This document shows positions 22,826 through 35,308 of a DNA stretch of 64,000 nucleotides, in pieces. Within the stretch, counting starts at the first letter, position 1, and every line of letters begins with the position of its first letter. The position numbers were made by a program, and so were the translations under genes. The notes beneath the pieces were generated by a model. The model was not told where the DNA came from and ran no database searches. It was given only the letters and a program-made list of their open reading frames with translations. Source of the DNA: Leucoraja ocellata (lineage: Eukaryota); the NCBI GenBank assembly GCA_036785375.1, contig JAWMAR010000647.1, forward strand, positions 124,001 to 188,000, given 5' to 3'.

Positions 22826-24976
22826 ATTGGATTCCCCATTCATTTCATTGGGAATTCTCAGCCAGAACAGTGAAATTGTTTTTCTTTATAGTTTTGTTTA
22901 ATGTTTTGATTTGTAAATACCTTAACATTTTTTAATTAAGTGGTTGCAGCTTACACATGTTCAGTGGTTGCAAGACTCATGGCCAGCTTGCCATTTTCTG
23001 CACACTCTGGTGCTGGTGCAATGATCCAGCAGCTCTTGAATGATTTTTTTTTTTTTTTTTTTTGTTATCACGCATTTTTGTTATATCTTAAACAGGACAT
23101 TTTTATTTGGGGGTCTCGAAAGGATGACTTGTAATACTAGTGTCCCAAGCATGGAAATACCACAGATCACACAAGGTGAATGGTAGTGACCATATAATTA
23201 CATGGTGCAGGCCTGGTAGGATAGTAATGCATGCTGTCTCAATGCCAGAGGTTTGCTGTCAGCCCCAGATTTTAAAAATGCACTGAAATCTGTTTTAGTA
23301 TTATCAAAGTTTCCTGTATAAACACGTATTCTGTTACACTTGGGTTGCCTCTAATTTGCTCTGTTCTGGTTCACAGTTTGCACAGTGGTAATGTCTGCAA
23401 CCATATATTTGACTGAATTTGAACTATTCTGTTGATTCGTGATCTACAAGATTTGGAAAATTAATATGTACTGAATGTCAGGACATGTCTTTTTGATGGT
23501 AATCAGTTATTTGCCTTTTGAAGTAGTCGCTATTTGCAAAGGAACTAAATCGGATTTTATTATGCTAAGAGCTTAGAGCTATTATTCTCCTCAAGAGGCT
23601 GATAATGTGAAGTGAATGAACTTTTCAGATAAACAAAGCTAAACAGTTGCCATAGCAAATTTTGAACTCTGTCTGATGAGAGACATTTTTCACCAGTTGA
23701 GTGCAAAAAAGAATAAGATTAGCTAGCTACGTTTGGTTAGTGTTTATTATTGCATTTTGTTTTCTTAATATGATCAAAGTTCTTTATTACAAAATTTACA
23801 GCTGTTTATATTAATACATTACTTTTTTCATGTTGGATGAAGAATTTAAAATGTTTTCTTGTAAACTATGTTAATTATTAGCTCCATGGCCATGACAGCA
23901 TTAGTTTGAAACACTGTTAAATTTATTTCATTAAATGTAAAGACTTTCATTAACTCAGGCAGCATTATGCTGTGCAAGAACTTACACTTGCTAATATATT
24001 AGTGTTCGGCACGGACTAGAAGGGCCGAGATGGCCTGTTTCCGTGCTGTAATTGTTATATGGTTATAGTGAGTTCGATAAAATTCAGTATTGTGATTTGG
24101 AAACCATAATGCTAAATGATCACATTTCCAAGCACTCGGCTTTCATGCTTGCCTTTAACAGACAAGTTGGGGCAGTCCTTAACTAGGCCAGTTGAGTGCT
24201 TTATGTGAACGAGAAAAAGGTTGACAGGACTGGGCCTGTCCAATAGTTGCAATCCATTTTATTTAGAAACGGAATTGATGTTTGGAAACGTTCGTGCTGG
24301 AGTTATAAATGTGGCAGGTGTGGGAACATGAAAGGACAGGAAATGGAGCGTGACTGAGCTCTATCTTGGAATCTGACACATTATTTAACTGTGGGGATCA
24401 TTATCCCGTGATTTTAATTAACAGAAATGTATTGAATTTTAGATTGAATTCAATTGAAACAGATGGAGTTTTCCAGATTATTTTCCAGAAAAGTTTGCCG
24501 TACACCTCCTTAATGGTGCAGCGCCAATACTTTCTGTAAATAACCAATTACATTTCTCTTATAAATTATAATCTATTTTGAATATGGACCAATGCTCTGA
24601 AAGCTCTTTACTTTTTTTTTTAGTTACTCTCTCTCATTTTTGTCCACCTCTTCATGAATCTCTTTTAGGCTCCCTGCCAATTCCCTACATGTGTCCCAAG
24701 GATATCCTCAGTACAAGAATCGAGAGTGTTTAATAGTCATATGTACTGATAATGGAACAATACATTTTGTGATTGATTTTATTCATCTCTTGCGTGCAGA
24801 CTTATTAAATGACTTTTGCTTAATCTGGAGAAATTCGCCTTGTGCCATGCTCGCAATTCGTTCAAAGGTTTCAACTAGATTTGTCAGACAAGTCTGTGCT
24901 GGCTCATTGATCAACTAAGAAATTTGTTCAAGCTTTTAGTTACATCATTGACCAAACTGACAGGTCTGTACTTATA

Positions 24977-25170
24977 TGTAATAAAGAACTGCAGATGCTG
25001 GTTTTAATCGAAGGTAGACACAAAATGCTGGAGTAACTCAGCGGGATAGGCAGCATCTCTGGAGAGAAGGAAAGGGAGATGTTTCGGGTCGAGACTGGAA
25101 GCGTCAACCATTCCTTCTCTCCAGAGATGCTGCCTGTCCCCCTGAGTTACTCCAGCATTTTGTGTCTATG
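24977..25170. mobile_element. Inverted pair of Penelope-type repeats forming a long palindrome
   Basis: AGACACAAAATGCTGGAGTAACTCAG...GGCAGCATCTCTGGAGAGAAGGAA (25017-25072) mirrored by TTCCTTCTCTCCAGAGATGCTGCC...CTGAGTTACTCCAGCATTTTGTGTCT (25111-25167). Confidence 0.78.
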
Positions 25171-25489
25171 TCTGTAATTATCAAGTTTCTCCCTTTTTTT
25201 CTCTTTAAAATAATGGAATAACACTTAATGCTTTTTAAAACTAAGGCAAAATCCTGAATCTATTTACGTGTTGCATATTCCCTCGTCTATTTCTGAGTTT
25301 ATTAGATTCTGGAGATGTGTTAATCGTACATTGTTCTTTTCCACAATTAAAAACAAGTAAAATATATACAATTACATTGCCCACATTTATGCTGTTGACT
25401 GCATTTAGAGTTAATTTACACCACTGGTATTTTATATACACACAATATTTTCCTGTTAGCTTTGACATATTATTTCTTGCATGTTTTTT

Positions 25490-26262
25490 TGGCACAGGAG
25501 GAGATTATTTGATCCATCAAGTCCATACTGTATCTATGCAGTAGCGTCCAGTTAGTTGCACTCTCTACTCTCCCCACCTCCTCCTCCAATTCCTGCAAAT
25601 ACATTTTGTCTCAAATTACTATCTAGCTCCCTCTCAGAAGGTCCTCGTTGACTGTTTCTATTTTAAAAGATTTTTCTTGCATCTCCCCTGAATGTATTGC
25701 CCATAACTTTAAGTCGGCGTTCCCCCTTTCCTTAAACCATCCATCCTGAGGACTACTGTTTACCCTAACTAAATCTGAAATTATCTTATACACATCTAAA
25801 ATATGTTGTCAACCATCTTTGCTTCAGGGAGGATATTCAATGTTTTCTGTCTTGCCATGTCGCTGAAGTCCCTCATTCTTAGAACCAATCTAATAATTGA
25901 AGTTTCTCATGTTTTGAAACGTATAAGATTATTAAGGGTTTGGACACGCTAGAGGAAGGGAACAAGTTCCCGATGTTGGGGGAGTCCAGAACCAGGGGCC
26001 ACAGTTTAAGAATAAGGGGTAAGCCATTTAGAACTGAGATGAAGAAAAATATTTTCACACAGAGGGTTGTGAATCTGTGGAATTCTCTCCCTCAGAAGGC
26101 AGTGGAGAGTGTCAGATAGAGCTCTTAAAGATAGCGGAGTCAGGGGAAATGGGGAGAAGGCAGGAACGGGGTACTGATTATGGATGATCAGCCATGATCA
26201 CTATGAATGGCGGTGATGGCTCGAAGGGCCGAATTGGCCTACTGCACCTATTGTCTATTGTC
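25490..26262. mobile_element. CR1 fragments (old - copy ~25490-25890; young + 3' end 25915-26262)
   Basis: GAAACGTATAAGATTATTAAGGG...TTTTCACACAGAGGGTTGTGAATCTGTGGAATTCTCT...CTATTGTCTATTGTC tail. Confidence 0.85.
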
Positions 26263-26959
26263 ATAGATTAATGCATTCTCTTGCAGTAAACATGACTATT
26301 CTGAAATCTCCTGAGGAATGGAGCACGGTGTGAATGCACTTTGCTTTGTCAATTCTTGCAAAATAAAATCATTTGATTGAAACTACCAATTTATTGTAGG
26401 TTCTGTTATTAGCTATCATTTAATGCGATAACTTTGACTTCAAGCCCAGAGCACTTGAAGTAGAAGTGAATTTTACAGCAGGTGTTCCTTTTCGCTTTCA
26501 TTATTTTTTCTTTGTAGAGTTATAAGCCTTCCGATTCTAGGACTCCAGCTAGTGTTGGATGTTTGTATAAATTCTCTCAACTTATGCTGGCATATTTAGA
26601 ATAATGGCGTTTAAGTATTGAGCAAGTTACTTGAGTATTCTGATGCTATTGTCTTACCATTTAAAAAAAAATGTATTGTGTTTTGTTTGTGAGCGGATCT
26701 TCGGAACCATTTATTTTAAAGGGTATTGATAAATGGGTTCTTTGTAGACCTCGCTAAATTTTGTGCCAACGTTCTATACAGCCACGTGAGCTGAAAATAG
26801 ACTTCAAGCACATTAAACTGTTGGAGGTGGGCGAAGAGAGTTTCATCAAACTACGCTTGTGGTTTTTACAGGAAAATTAGTTGTCCATGAATAGATGTAA
26901 TTATATATTTTTTGGAGACATGTTTCTTAATCAACTTGTTTTTTATGTTTTATCTGCAG

Positions 26960-27180
26960 GTCCTCTGGAAAGAAATGACTGTGTACTTGCACCAGTCGAC
27001 GAATCGCATCCAGTTAAGACATTGCTGGAGAGCTTTACTGTGTTATCAGGCTGCGCAAGTGGAGGAACAACAGGGCTTCCTCAAGAGGTGCACATTATCA
27101 ATTTAAAAAGCACTGGAAAAGAGCCCAGTCACCACGGCAAAGGCAAAAATGCTGGAGTTCATGCTGACCGTAAAGATGAG
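26960..27180 (+). CDS. TGFBR3: TGFBR3 (betaglycan) second coding exon, start of the orphan domain
   Basis: GPLERNDCVLAPVDESHPVKTLLESFTVLSGCASGGTTGLPQEVHIINLK matches human GPEPGALCELSPVSASHPVQALMESFTVLSGCASRGTTGLPQEVHVLNLR (from memory); acceptor TTTATCTGCAG| phase 1; 61+221 nt = 94 codons; 3' end assigned to GAG|GCAAGT. Confidence 0.93.
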
Positions 27181-28289
27181 GCAAGTTAAATTCTTGACAA
27201 TTTCACTCCAGGAGAAATAAAAAAAGTGTAGATAAGATTTTTTTAAATTTAAGGTTCTGCCCCAATGCCTGTTGATTCAATAAATATATGAAAAAGGATG
27301 TGGTTACTACGAAAGTAATTTGTTGTATGCTTATGCTAGATGCCAGATGGGCTTCCTCTTCTTACATCCTGCTGAATCACGTGCATTTTAATACCTCCCA
27401 GTTTTGACTATGCTTTTGACTCATACTTTGCCCTACATAAACCTGTCCTCAAACTCAACAGTCCGGATATTAAATTGCTTCAAATTCTATTCATCCATTA
27501 CCTGTGCTCTGAACTCTGTCTACCAGGTGGCAATTCTAGTATTTAAGAATACTCGCTCATGTTTTAATCTACCATTTTCCTGTCCCTACAAGTGCAGATT
27601 CATAAGCACAGTAAAATGTATTAGGACCTCTGTTCCTACAACACATGCCTAGTTCTAATGTAATTGCTTTTAAATATTGGCAGCAGAGTGTGGGCCTGAA
27701 TCTCTTGATTTCCCTTCCTAAACGTTTCTGGCACTTTCTATCTCTTTCCTCCAGAAGACAGTTTTTAAGATCTACATTTGCGAACACGTTTCGACAACAT
27801 TATCCTATAAACCTCGGATGTCAACTTTCACCTGGTGATATTCAGTTGATAATATTCAGCTGAACATCGTGTGATATTTAAGCAAAAGGAGCTATGTAAA
27901 TGCAAATGGATTTTTGGATATCACATTATGGGGCCATATGCCATGAAGTACCAACCCCATATTTACATCAACTTGCACAATATTCTATCAAGCATCCAAA
28001 CACTGGGGGCAATGAACCAACCAACCCAAGACTGATTGCAGGGTGACATTGGGGTATCAGCATAAGATCAATTCAGATTTACTGCAAGTGAGATACTCTG
28101 GCAGGAAATTTTGGACTTTTGCATCTGTTTAATTAAGTAGAATAAAATACTGTGAAATTCACAGTGCAAATACTGGTAAGGGAATATGAATGAATGTATT
28201 TCATGTCTGAGAGAAAATAGAAAACATAGAAATGATGCACCATATCCATAAAAGATGTAATGCCTATTATCTTAGCTCAATGTGCTTTA

Positions 28290-28806
28290 AGGTGCTGTCC
28301 CACTGCGGCGACCTAATCTGTGAGTTCTGGTGAGTTTGCCCTCGACTCGTACTCGCAGCATGGTCGACACTAGGTCCTAGGAGGTCTTTGCAACTCTCCT
28401 TCATGCTCGAGAGTAGTCCCCGCGTACTTGAGGCCTCAGCTAGGTCGCAGCGTATTTTTCACCATGTTGAAAAATGCCCGCGAGTTAAAAAAAGGTCGCC
28501 ATGGAAAAAATCGATTGTTTTCTTACTCGTAGGTTTCGTCGAAGTAGGTTATGACCTACTTAGGTCGGCATGTTATTCGTAGGTAATTGAGAGTAGTCGT
28601 AGATAGTCTTCAACATAGTCGAAGGGAGGTCGAAGGAGATCGAAGGAGGTCGCCTTCACTCTCCACTATTCGGTGTCCAATTTTCCCGAAGCTAGTCTTC
28701 GACATAGTCGAAGGAGGCCGAAGGAGGTCTTCAACATGACATTTTTTCAAACTCTCCTAAACTCTTCTAAACTCACCAATTAGGTCGCCGCAGTGGGACA
28801 GCCCCT
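28290..28806. mobile_element. PIF/Harbinger-type MITE, 517 bp, young
   Basis: 28-bp TIRs AGGTGCTGTCCCACTGCGGCGACCTAAT / ATTAGGTCGCCGCAGTGGGACAGCCCCT (1 mismatch); TTA TSD at 28287-28289 and 28807-28809; CpG-rich interior with GAAGGAGGTC and GAGTTT subrepeats; no transposase. Confidence 0.88.
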
Positions 28807-29509
28807 TTAATTATGTATGAATTCACCATGCTTTCCTGCTCTCCGAGCCAAAACCACCACATTTTATGAAAACAGTCCAAAAACACCAGGCTACTTCACA
28901 TTCCCATCGTCCTTTTTCTGTTCCCTTAGACAATGCTTTCAACAACGTTTAACTGACTTGGAGACCCTAAAGATGAAGATTGAGACCATCTACTTTTGCT
29001 GCTCTTGTTTTTCCCCAAGAAGCCTATCTATCCCAAAGGATCCCAGGCGCTTTAAATTCCTCAATCTTCTGTGCTTTGCATTATGTGCTTTCCCCTTTCA
29101 AATCCCGCCTGAGCCAGTGCTGCCATGGGACTCGCTTTTTGCTCATTCCCACTAAATTACCATTCACACAGCCATGCTACTGGACCTCAAACATTGTCAC
29201 ATTTTAAAGGATTTCCTTTCTAACTTGATGCCCAAATGTACTTGCCTTACCTCTAACCCCCAAATATTTACCATGGTGATCCTGTCAAACAATGTAATGT
29301 ATGACAAGTATTACAGGTCAGTTTCCCCCCCCCCCCCCCCCTTGCTCCCTCCCCACCTCTTTTAAAAGTCAATTTGAGTTAGCTTGTATGACTAGAAAGG
29401 GATGTGGTAAATACTGGGGGGAAAAAAAGGGTTGAAATTTAATTCATGTAGAAGTGCAAAACAGGTGACCTTGCACCCATTCCTGATATTTATTTCCCTT
29501 AACTTCACC

Positions 29510-29920
29510 ACATTACAGCGGAGATGTAATTGAATAAGAGAGGTTGCAGAGGAGATTTGAGAATTTTCTAGGAGTGGAAAATATTAGTTATGAGGAAAGA
29601 TTGGTTAGGATTGAATTTACATTTAGAACCGAGGAGGTTGAGAGGATATTAAATTGAAATGTATAACATTATCAAGGCCTGGGGGAATAAATAGGAGGTA
29701 CCTATTTTCCTTGCCAGACGAGTCAAAAGCAAAGGAGCATCAATTTTAAGTGATAAGTACAAGATTTAGAGTCGAGATGAGGACTTTTTTTTCCATCTAG
29801 AGAATATTAGGGGTCTGGAAATCACTACACTGAAAAATGTTGGAAGTTGAAACCCTTAGCCTATTTTAAACAGTGCATTTGGAGCTGTAACCTACAAATC
29901 CATGAGCCCTGTCGTGGAAG
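29510..29920 (+). mobile_element. Old CR1 LINE 3' fragment
   Basis: GAGAGGTTGCAGAGGAGATTT...TTATGAGGAAAGATTGG...GAGGAGGTTGAGAGG. Confidence 0.7.
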
Positions 29921-30699
29921 ACTAGGATGATTAGTAATTTTTCAACTATCCTATCCATGATGCCTCAGTCCTCCACTGTAAACTTTCACTCCTGCCTCGC
30001 TGACTATTGGGCAGAGGTCTGATGTGATACCAACCAAGCCGACTTTCTGCCTCAGTTAAAATGATCCCAATTTTCTTTCTGGCTTTAGCAAAAACGTAGC
30101 ACAAAAAGCTAAGTGATCACAAGCCATTTAAAATAATAATTAGCCAAGCTTGCACAAAGCTACTTTTTCTTCCACATGTTTGCAGGTTTACACAAGCAAA
30201 TGCTATTTAATAAGCTGGAGAGATCTTTAAAAAGATATGAATATGAGACAAATTCAACATTTTGTGATTCATCCTTTTCCTTTCCACAGCAACTTTGCAA
30301 AGAGTAGGTGGGGTACATCGACTATATAAGATCGTAATTTGGTTTGTGTAAGAAAAAAATAGTTTGATAAGTACACATTAGCCACAATATTTCTGAATAT
30401 TTCAAAACATTTTTTATAATAGGTACATCAATTATTAAAAATTGTTTCTTTCTTGCCATCCCTCAAGGACTGCATATATAATCATTCACTGATTTATAAA
30501 AGGGATGCATTCCAGGGAAATCTTTTGTAAAGCTAAATTTCATTAATCAAAAAGGATGGGCAAAATGGGCATTATCGGCATTGTATTCATATGCATGGAA
30601 TGAGGTTTTCTATTTGTTGTAATGAAAGATCGCTTCAGAGATTTTCATTGATTTAGCTGGTTTTAGCTGGTATTTTATCATATGGTTTAGCAATTTCAA

Positions 30700-30915
30700 A
30701 GAATCATAGAAATGTACAGCACTGAAACACGTCCACCTTTAGGCCAACCTTGTCCATACTGACTACACTAATCCCATTTGCCCACATCAGGCCCATATCC
30801 CCCATTCCTTACTTGGTCAAACACCTTTTAAACATTGTCATTCTATCTGCCTCTCTGGCAGCTCATTCCAGATATTAATCATCCTATGTGTGAAAAATAC
30901 ACCCCTCAGAATTCT
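30700..30915 (-). mobile_element. CR1 3' tail fragment
   Basis: ACACTAATCCCATTTGCCCAC...CTGGCAGCTCATTCCAGATA...TGTGTGAAAAA. Confidence 0.65.
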
Positions 30916-31109
30916 AAACTTATCCTTCTGATCTCCACTTACACTAAATCTGATTGTAAAACATAAAACCGTTTTTAAGTATCTGTAAGATCAGCATCGT
31001 AGAGCAAGAAATGGTAATTTGATCCAATTGGTCTGTTTTTGATATTTATGTGCCGCACTAGCCATCTCCCACTATAGCTCAGCTAATTTCACCTCTTTTG
31101 ATTCTCCTT

Positions 31110-31160
31110 CCCCCCCCCCCCCTCCCCCCCTCCCCCCCTCCCCCCCTCCCCCCTCCCCTC
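31110..31160. repeat. (TC7)n-like poly-C microsatellite
   Basis: C13-T-C7-T-C7-T-C7-T-C6-T-C4. Confidence 0.9.
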
Positions 31161-34100
31161 ATCCATATTGGATGTTCAATGGGTGTTTGTTCTATTGTCC
31201 AAATATACGTGCTGTGTCATTTAAAATTGTCTTTAACATAATTGAAATTCTTTTCACTTCTAAATTTAGCAGTTTATAAACTTTCAACTTTCTCTCCAAA
31301 CAATGTTTAAAAGATAAGGAATTGTATTCAAAGATTAGACCGTGGCATATTGTGACATATTTTTCACTGTGGCTGATTTTGATGCTAGACGTCACTTGTC
31401 TGCTGTTATTTATTCCACCATTATAATAATAGTTTGAGATGGCTGATATTCTTCCCCTTAGCTTCATGGTTTCCTGTTCCTTCCGGTTGCTGGCAACTGG
31501 ACAGAGCAAAGTAAACAAATGAAGAGATCAGATTTTACTTCTTGGTCTGCGTGATAAACAGTTTTCCAACTCGTCTTTTTTTCAGATGAACAGTCTCAAA
31601 TCCTCAGGATTTGTATACACTTTCTCATTTTTGTCTAACTGCCATTTAATTTATTTTGCACATCGTTTTATACATCTAAACACACAATACCTTCTGATTA
31701 TTTTTATTCAAAATATGTGAACAAGACATTGAATTGTATATTTGTTGTAAAAATTCTTCACTAATTTTTCATTAATAGAAGTGATTTTCCTTTCATATCC
31801 ATGCAAGGGATTTGGGCTTTGCAGGCTAAGGCAGCATTTAACTGCTCAATCCTAATTCTTGAAGGTGTGAGCAGCCTTGCACTGCTGCAATCATTGGGGT
31901 TTGGGTCTACCCACAATTCCCAGGATTGTGACTCTCTGCATTCTTCAGAATATTAAACGGTGTATAATTAAGCTACAATGTAGCTTTGCATCAATTTTTA
32001 ATTTGTTACAGGTTCTGAAAATGTTCATTTCAAAATGTACCTGTAACACACACAAATAGTCTGATTTATATACTTGAATAAAAACATAAACATGGCTATA
32101 TTGGCCTCTATCAGTAACTTAAATTTAGTCTGTTCAACATTGAAAATAATTGCCTAGATTGATGTGCAGACCCTGTCATTCTAGACATTGATAAACGTCA
32201 AATCTTGGGTGAGGATATAAATTATTTTTCCGCTCTTCTATTTCTAGCGAAACGACTCTAGTCCACAATATTTTCTTATTAGAAAATACAGTATTTTCCT
32301 ATCAATGCTGAAATTGTTGCACATCTCGAAGCATCTTAAAAAATACTCCCAATAAAATGCTTTAAATAGAATGCCCATATGTCAACGTTTGGGACAAATA
32401 CGTCATAACCTATTACAAATAATGGGACAGTTGTACTGAGGGGAGTAGCTAGTGGCAGCCATCTTTATACTTCCTCAACAGGAGACCACCCCAGTATATT
32501 TAGCTTAACTTAGGAATATGGCAGTCTCTTTTCCTCTGGAATCAGCTTGCAAACAGAGCAAAGCACTGCACGCCCTTCTGGATCAACTTTGCTAAATGAT
32601 TGGCATTGGGGATAATAAAAAAACTTGCTTGAATTCAAAACTTTGCGAATGCGTGGATGTGCCCCTCCTGTGTCCAAGTCCCTTGCACTTAGAGGCTTTG
32701 GCAGCTTTCCAAGAACTCGTCAACATGTGCAACGAGTTCTAGAGTTACAATGTCATAATAGAGGATAAATTAGTAATACCAGTAAATATAAAGATTGAAA
32801 AGCATTTGGGAGTTCTTTTAGATCCCAATAGTACAATATTGCCTAATTCCCCTTTGCACATATGTAAAGTATAAAGCCAGTGTGTTTATTCTGCATAAAA
32901 GCTGAAGCTAATTTGGGATTGATATATTTAAATGAATAGTTACTTCACATATCCAGGTCTAAGACAAAACCTGAGCTATCCTACTTAGTGGTTAAATGAG
33001 TAAACTGATACTGATTTTCAGTTGCTGAATTCCTCCCTTTGCCAAGCACTGACTTGTAAAAACAAATTATATTTGAAAGACAATTTTATCAAAGCCTAAT
33101 TAAGAATTATGTTACATGACCAAGCTTATCCAATTCTACATTGATGCCAATTTGTCACAATACAGTAATATTTACATAGTTATTGGAAATCTGTATTAAC
33201 TAATGCATTTGATTATGACTTTTGTTATGTTTGAAGTGAATATGTTGTATTCAAATTGGAATGTATTTTGCTATTCCGAAGATGTTTATTTCCACTGAAT
33301 GCAAACCCTACTTAAGGAATTAAATGCTGAGTACAAGTCGATTGAGCTAAAATCCATCTTATTTGATCTACACACAGACTAGTTTGCAGCATTAAAGTCA
33401 AGTCTTGCTTCTTCCAAATTTTGGATGTACTACGGATATTCTCTCATCTAAGATGGCTATTGTGAAATGACTGGTGCAAAGAAACCAACATATTATCATA
33501 TGCCTTAGAAACCTGAGCTGGATTTCATTACAACCAAAATAATTGAGAACTATAATTTAATGTATAGTGTAATTGGAGCGATCCTAATTTATTAAAGGCA
33601 GAATTTGTTATTATTTGATAACACCAAGGAATAAAAAAGCTGCTGAAGCCATTATAAGGGAATCAATAAGAACAAATTTATTAATATGACCTGTAACAAA
33701 GGAAGTATAATTGCTAGTACAAAGTTCCATGGATAAGAAATGCTGCATTAAAATGTTGCTGTGGGGTCTAAAATCATACCAGTCTTTGTGTGGCGTTACT
33801 CGAATATTATTGAATTTATCTATATAACCAACCACCAGCTAGAGAACTGGTTCCTTTCTGTTGGCCTGATCCCAAATAGAAACTTGCTCTTGGACTCTGG
33901 CCAACATTCCCCATTCTGATATTTTTTCCAGTTTGACTAGGGCAGAGCATTGCAGCTGAATGAGTGAACATGTTGCTCTCTATGGATCTTTGGGGGATTC
34001 AGTAGAGAGAGTGCGGGGGGCAGAAGGTAAAGAAAGCTTTATGATGGAGAAAATCCCTGACAAAGGATAAACTTTCACATCTTTCGCATTGAGTAACTGT

Positions 34101-34419
34101 AATGCATTGCAGAGTAGATTAAACTGTTTCCTCAATTGGGATATAGACCAAGGTAAAGTAATTATTTTCGAGCTGCCTTTCTCTCTGCTGTCTGCATTAT
34201 TTATATTCGAACATATAATAGCCAGTGTATTGCAATGTTGAAAGCACCACATTGTGTGAAGAGCTTTCAAAGATTTTCAAATATGATATCAGATGCAAAT
34301 GTAACGTATCTTTGCAAAAATAACCATTTTTAATTGACACAGAAGTTTGTAGAAAGTTTACAAGTTTGAAATTTCTGGTACTCTGTTTATCATTTTGAAT
34401 TGAAAAAACAAGCCAAGAA

Positions 34420-35308
34420 CAAGCAATGCAGTCTCATTTGCCGGTTACCAGAACTGATTCCCAAGAGATTACATACATCAGGCTGCATTCATCAATGAAA
34501 ACATTCATTAACTACAGCTTGGCATCCAACACAATAATCCCCTTCAAACCCATCACCAAGCTGCAAGCCCGGGCCTCTGTTCCTCCCTTTGAACTGGATT
34601 CTTGACTTCCTGATCATCAAATCTCAATCAGTGCTGATAGGTAACAACATCTCCTCACTCACCATTAACACATAGGGTACACACCAGGGCTGTGTGCTTG
34701 CCCCCTGTTCTATTTGCTTTACACCATGATTGTGTGGTTAAGCACCGCTCCAACTTCATTCTTGGTCCCTTACTATACCCCCTATGTGCTAACCACCATG
34801 CGGCTAAATTCTGCTGCAATTCCATTTACAGGTTTACAAACAAGACCACCATAGTTGGTCGGATCTCAAACAATGACGGAAAGGAGTACAGGAAGGAGAT
34901 AGAGCTTAGTAACAGAGTGTCAAGATAACAACTCTCCCTCATTGTCAGCAAAACCCTGGGGGTAGTCTTGATACCCGGTCTATGCCAATGGTGCTGAAGT
35001 GCAGCGTGAGGTCCCATACCATGAGGTTCACGAAAAGCTACTTTACTATTAGCATCAGATTATAGAACCAACCTGCGTAAAACAAATCCTCCTTCAGTAG
35101 CAGAATGCTGTGGACCTCTCTTGCACTATCATGAACTTATTCTTTGATTATTTTTGCGCAAATGTTTTTGAGGTCTATTTATTTTCACTGCCTTGTATAT
35201 ATTTTTTGTGTGTTGTCAGAGTGTGTGCCTGTGATGCTGCTACAAGCAAGATTTTAATTGTACCTCTACCTCACTATACATGTGCACATGACAATAAACT
35301 TGACTTGG
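34420..35308 (+). mobile_element. Decayed Rex1/Babar-type LINE (RT region plus 3' tail)
   Basis: AACACAATAATCCCC, TGGATTCTTGACTTCCTGA, CAGGGCTGTGTGCTT (QGCVL), FTNKTTIVGRISNNDGKEYRKEI; ends GACAATAAACTTGACTTG. Confidence 0.72.

Noticed and set aside
26881-27189. 102-aa ORF as a stand-alone gene
   Set aside because: Its N-terminal part is intronic polypyrimidine tract; only 26960-27180 is the TGFBR3 exon.
31110-31160. Poly-C tract as a functional G-quadruplex/i-motif
   Set aside because: Homopolymer-type microsatellite; similar G/C runs occur elsewhere in the window and are prone to sequencing error.
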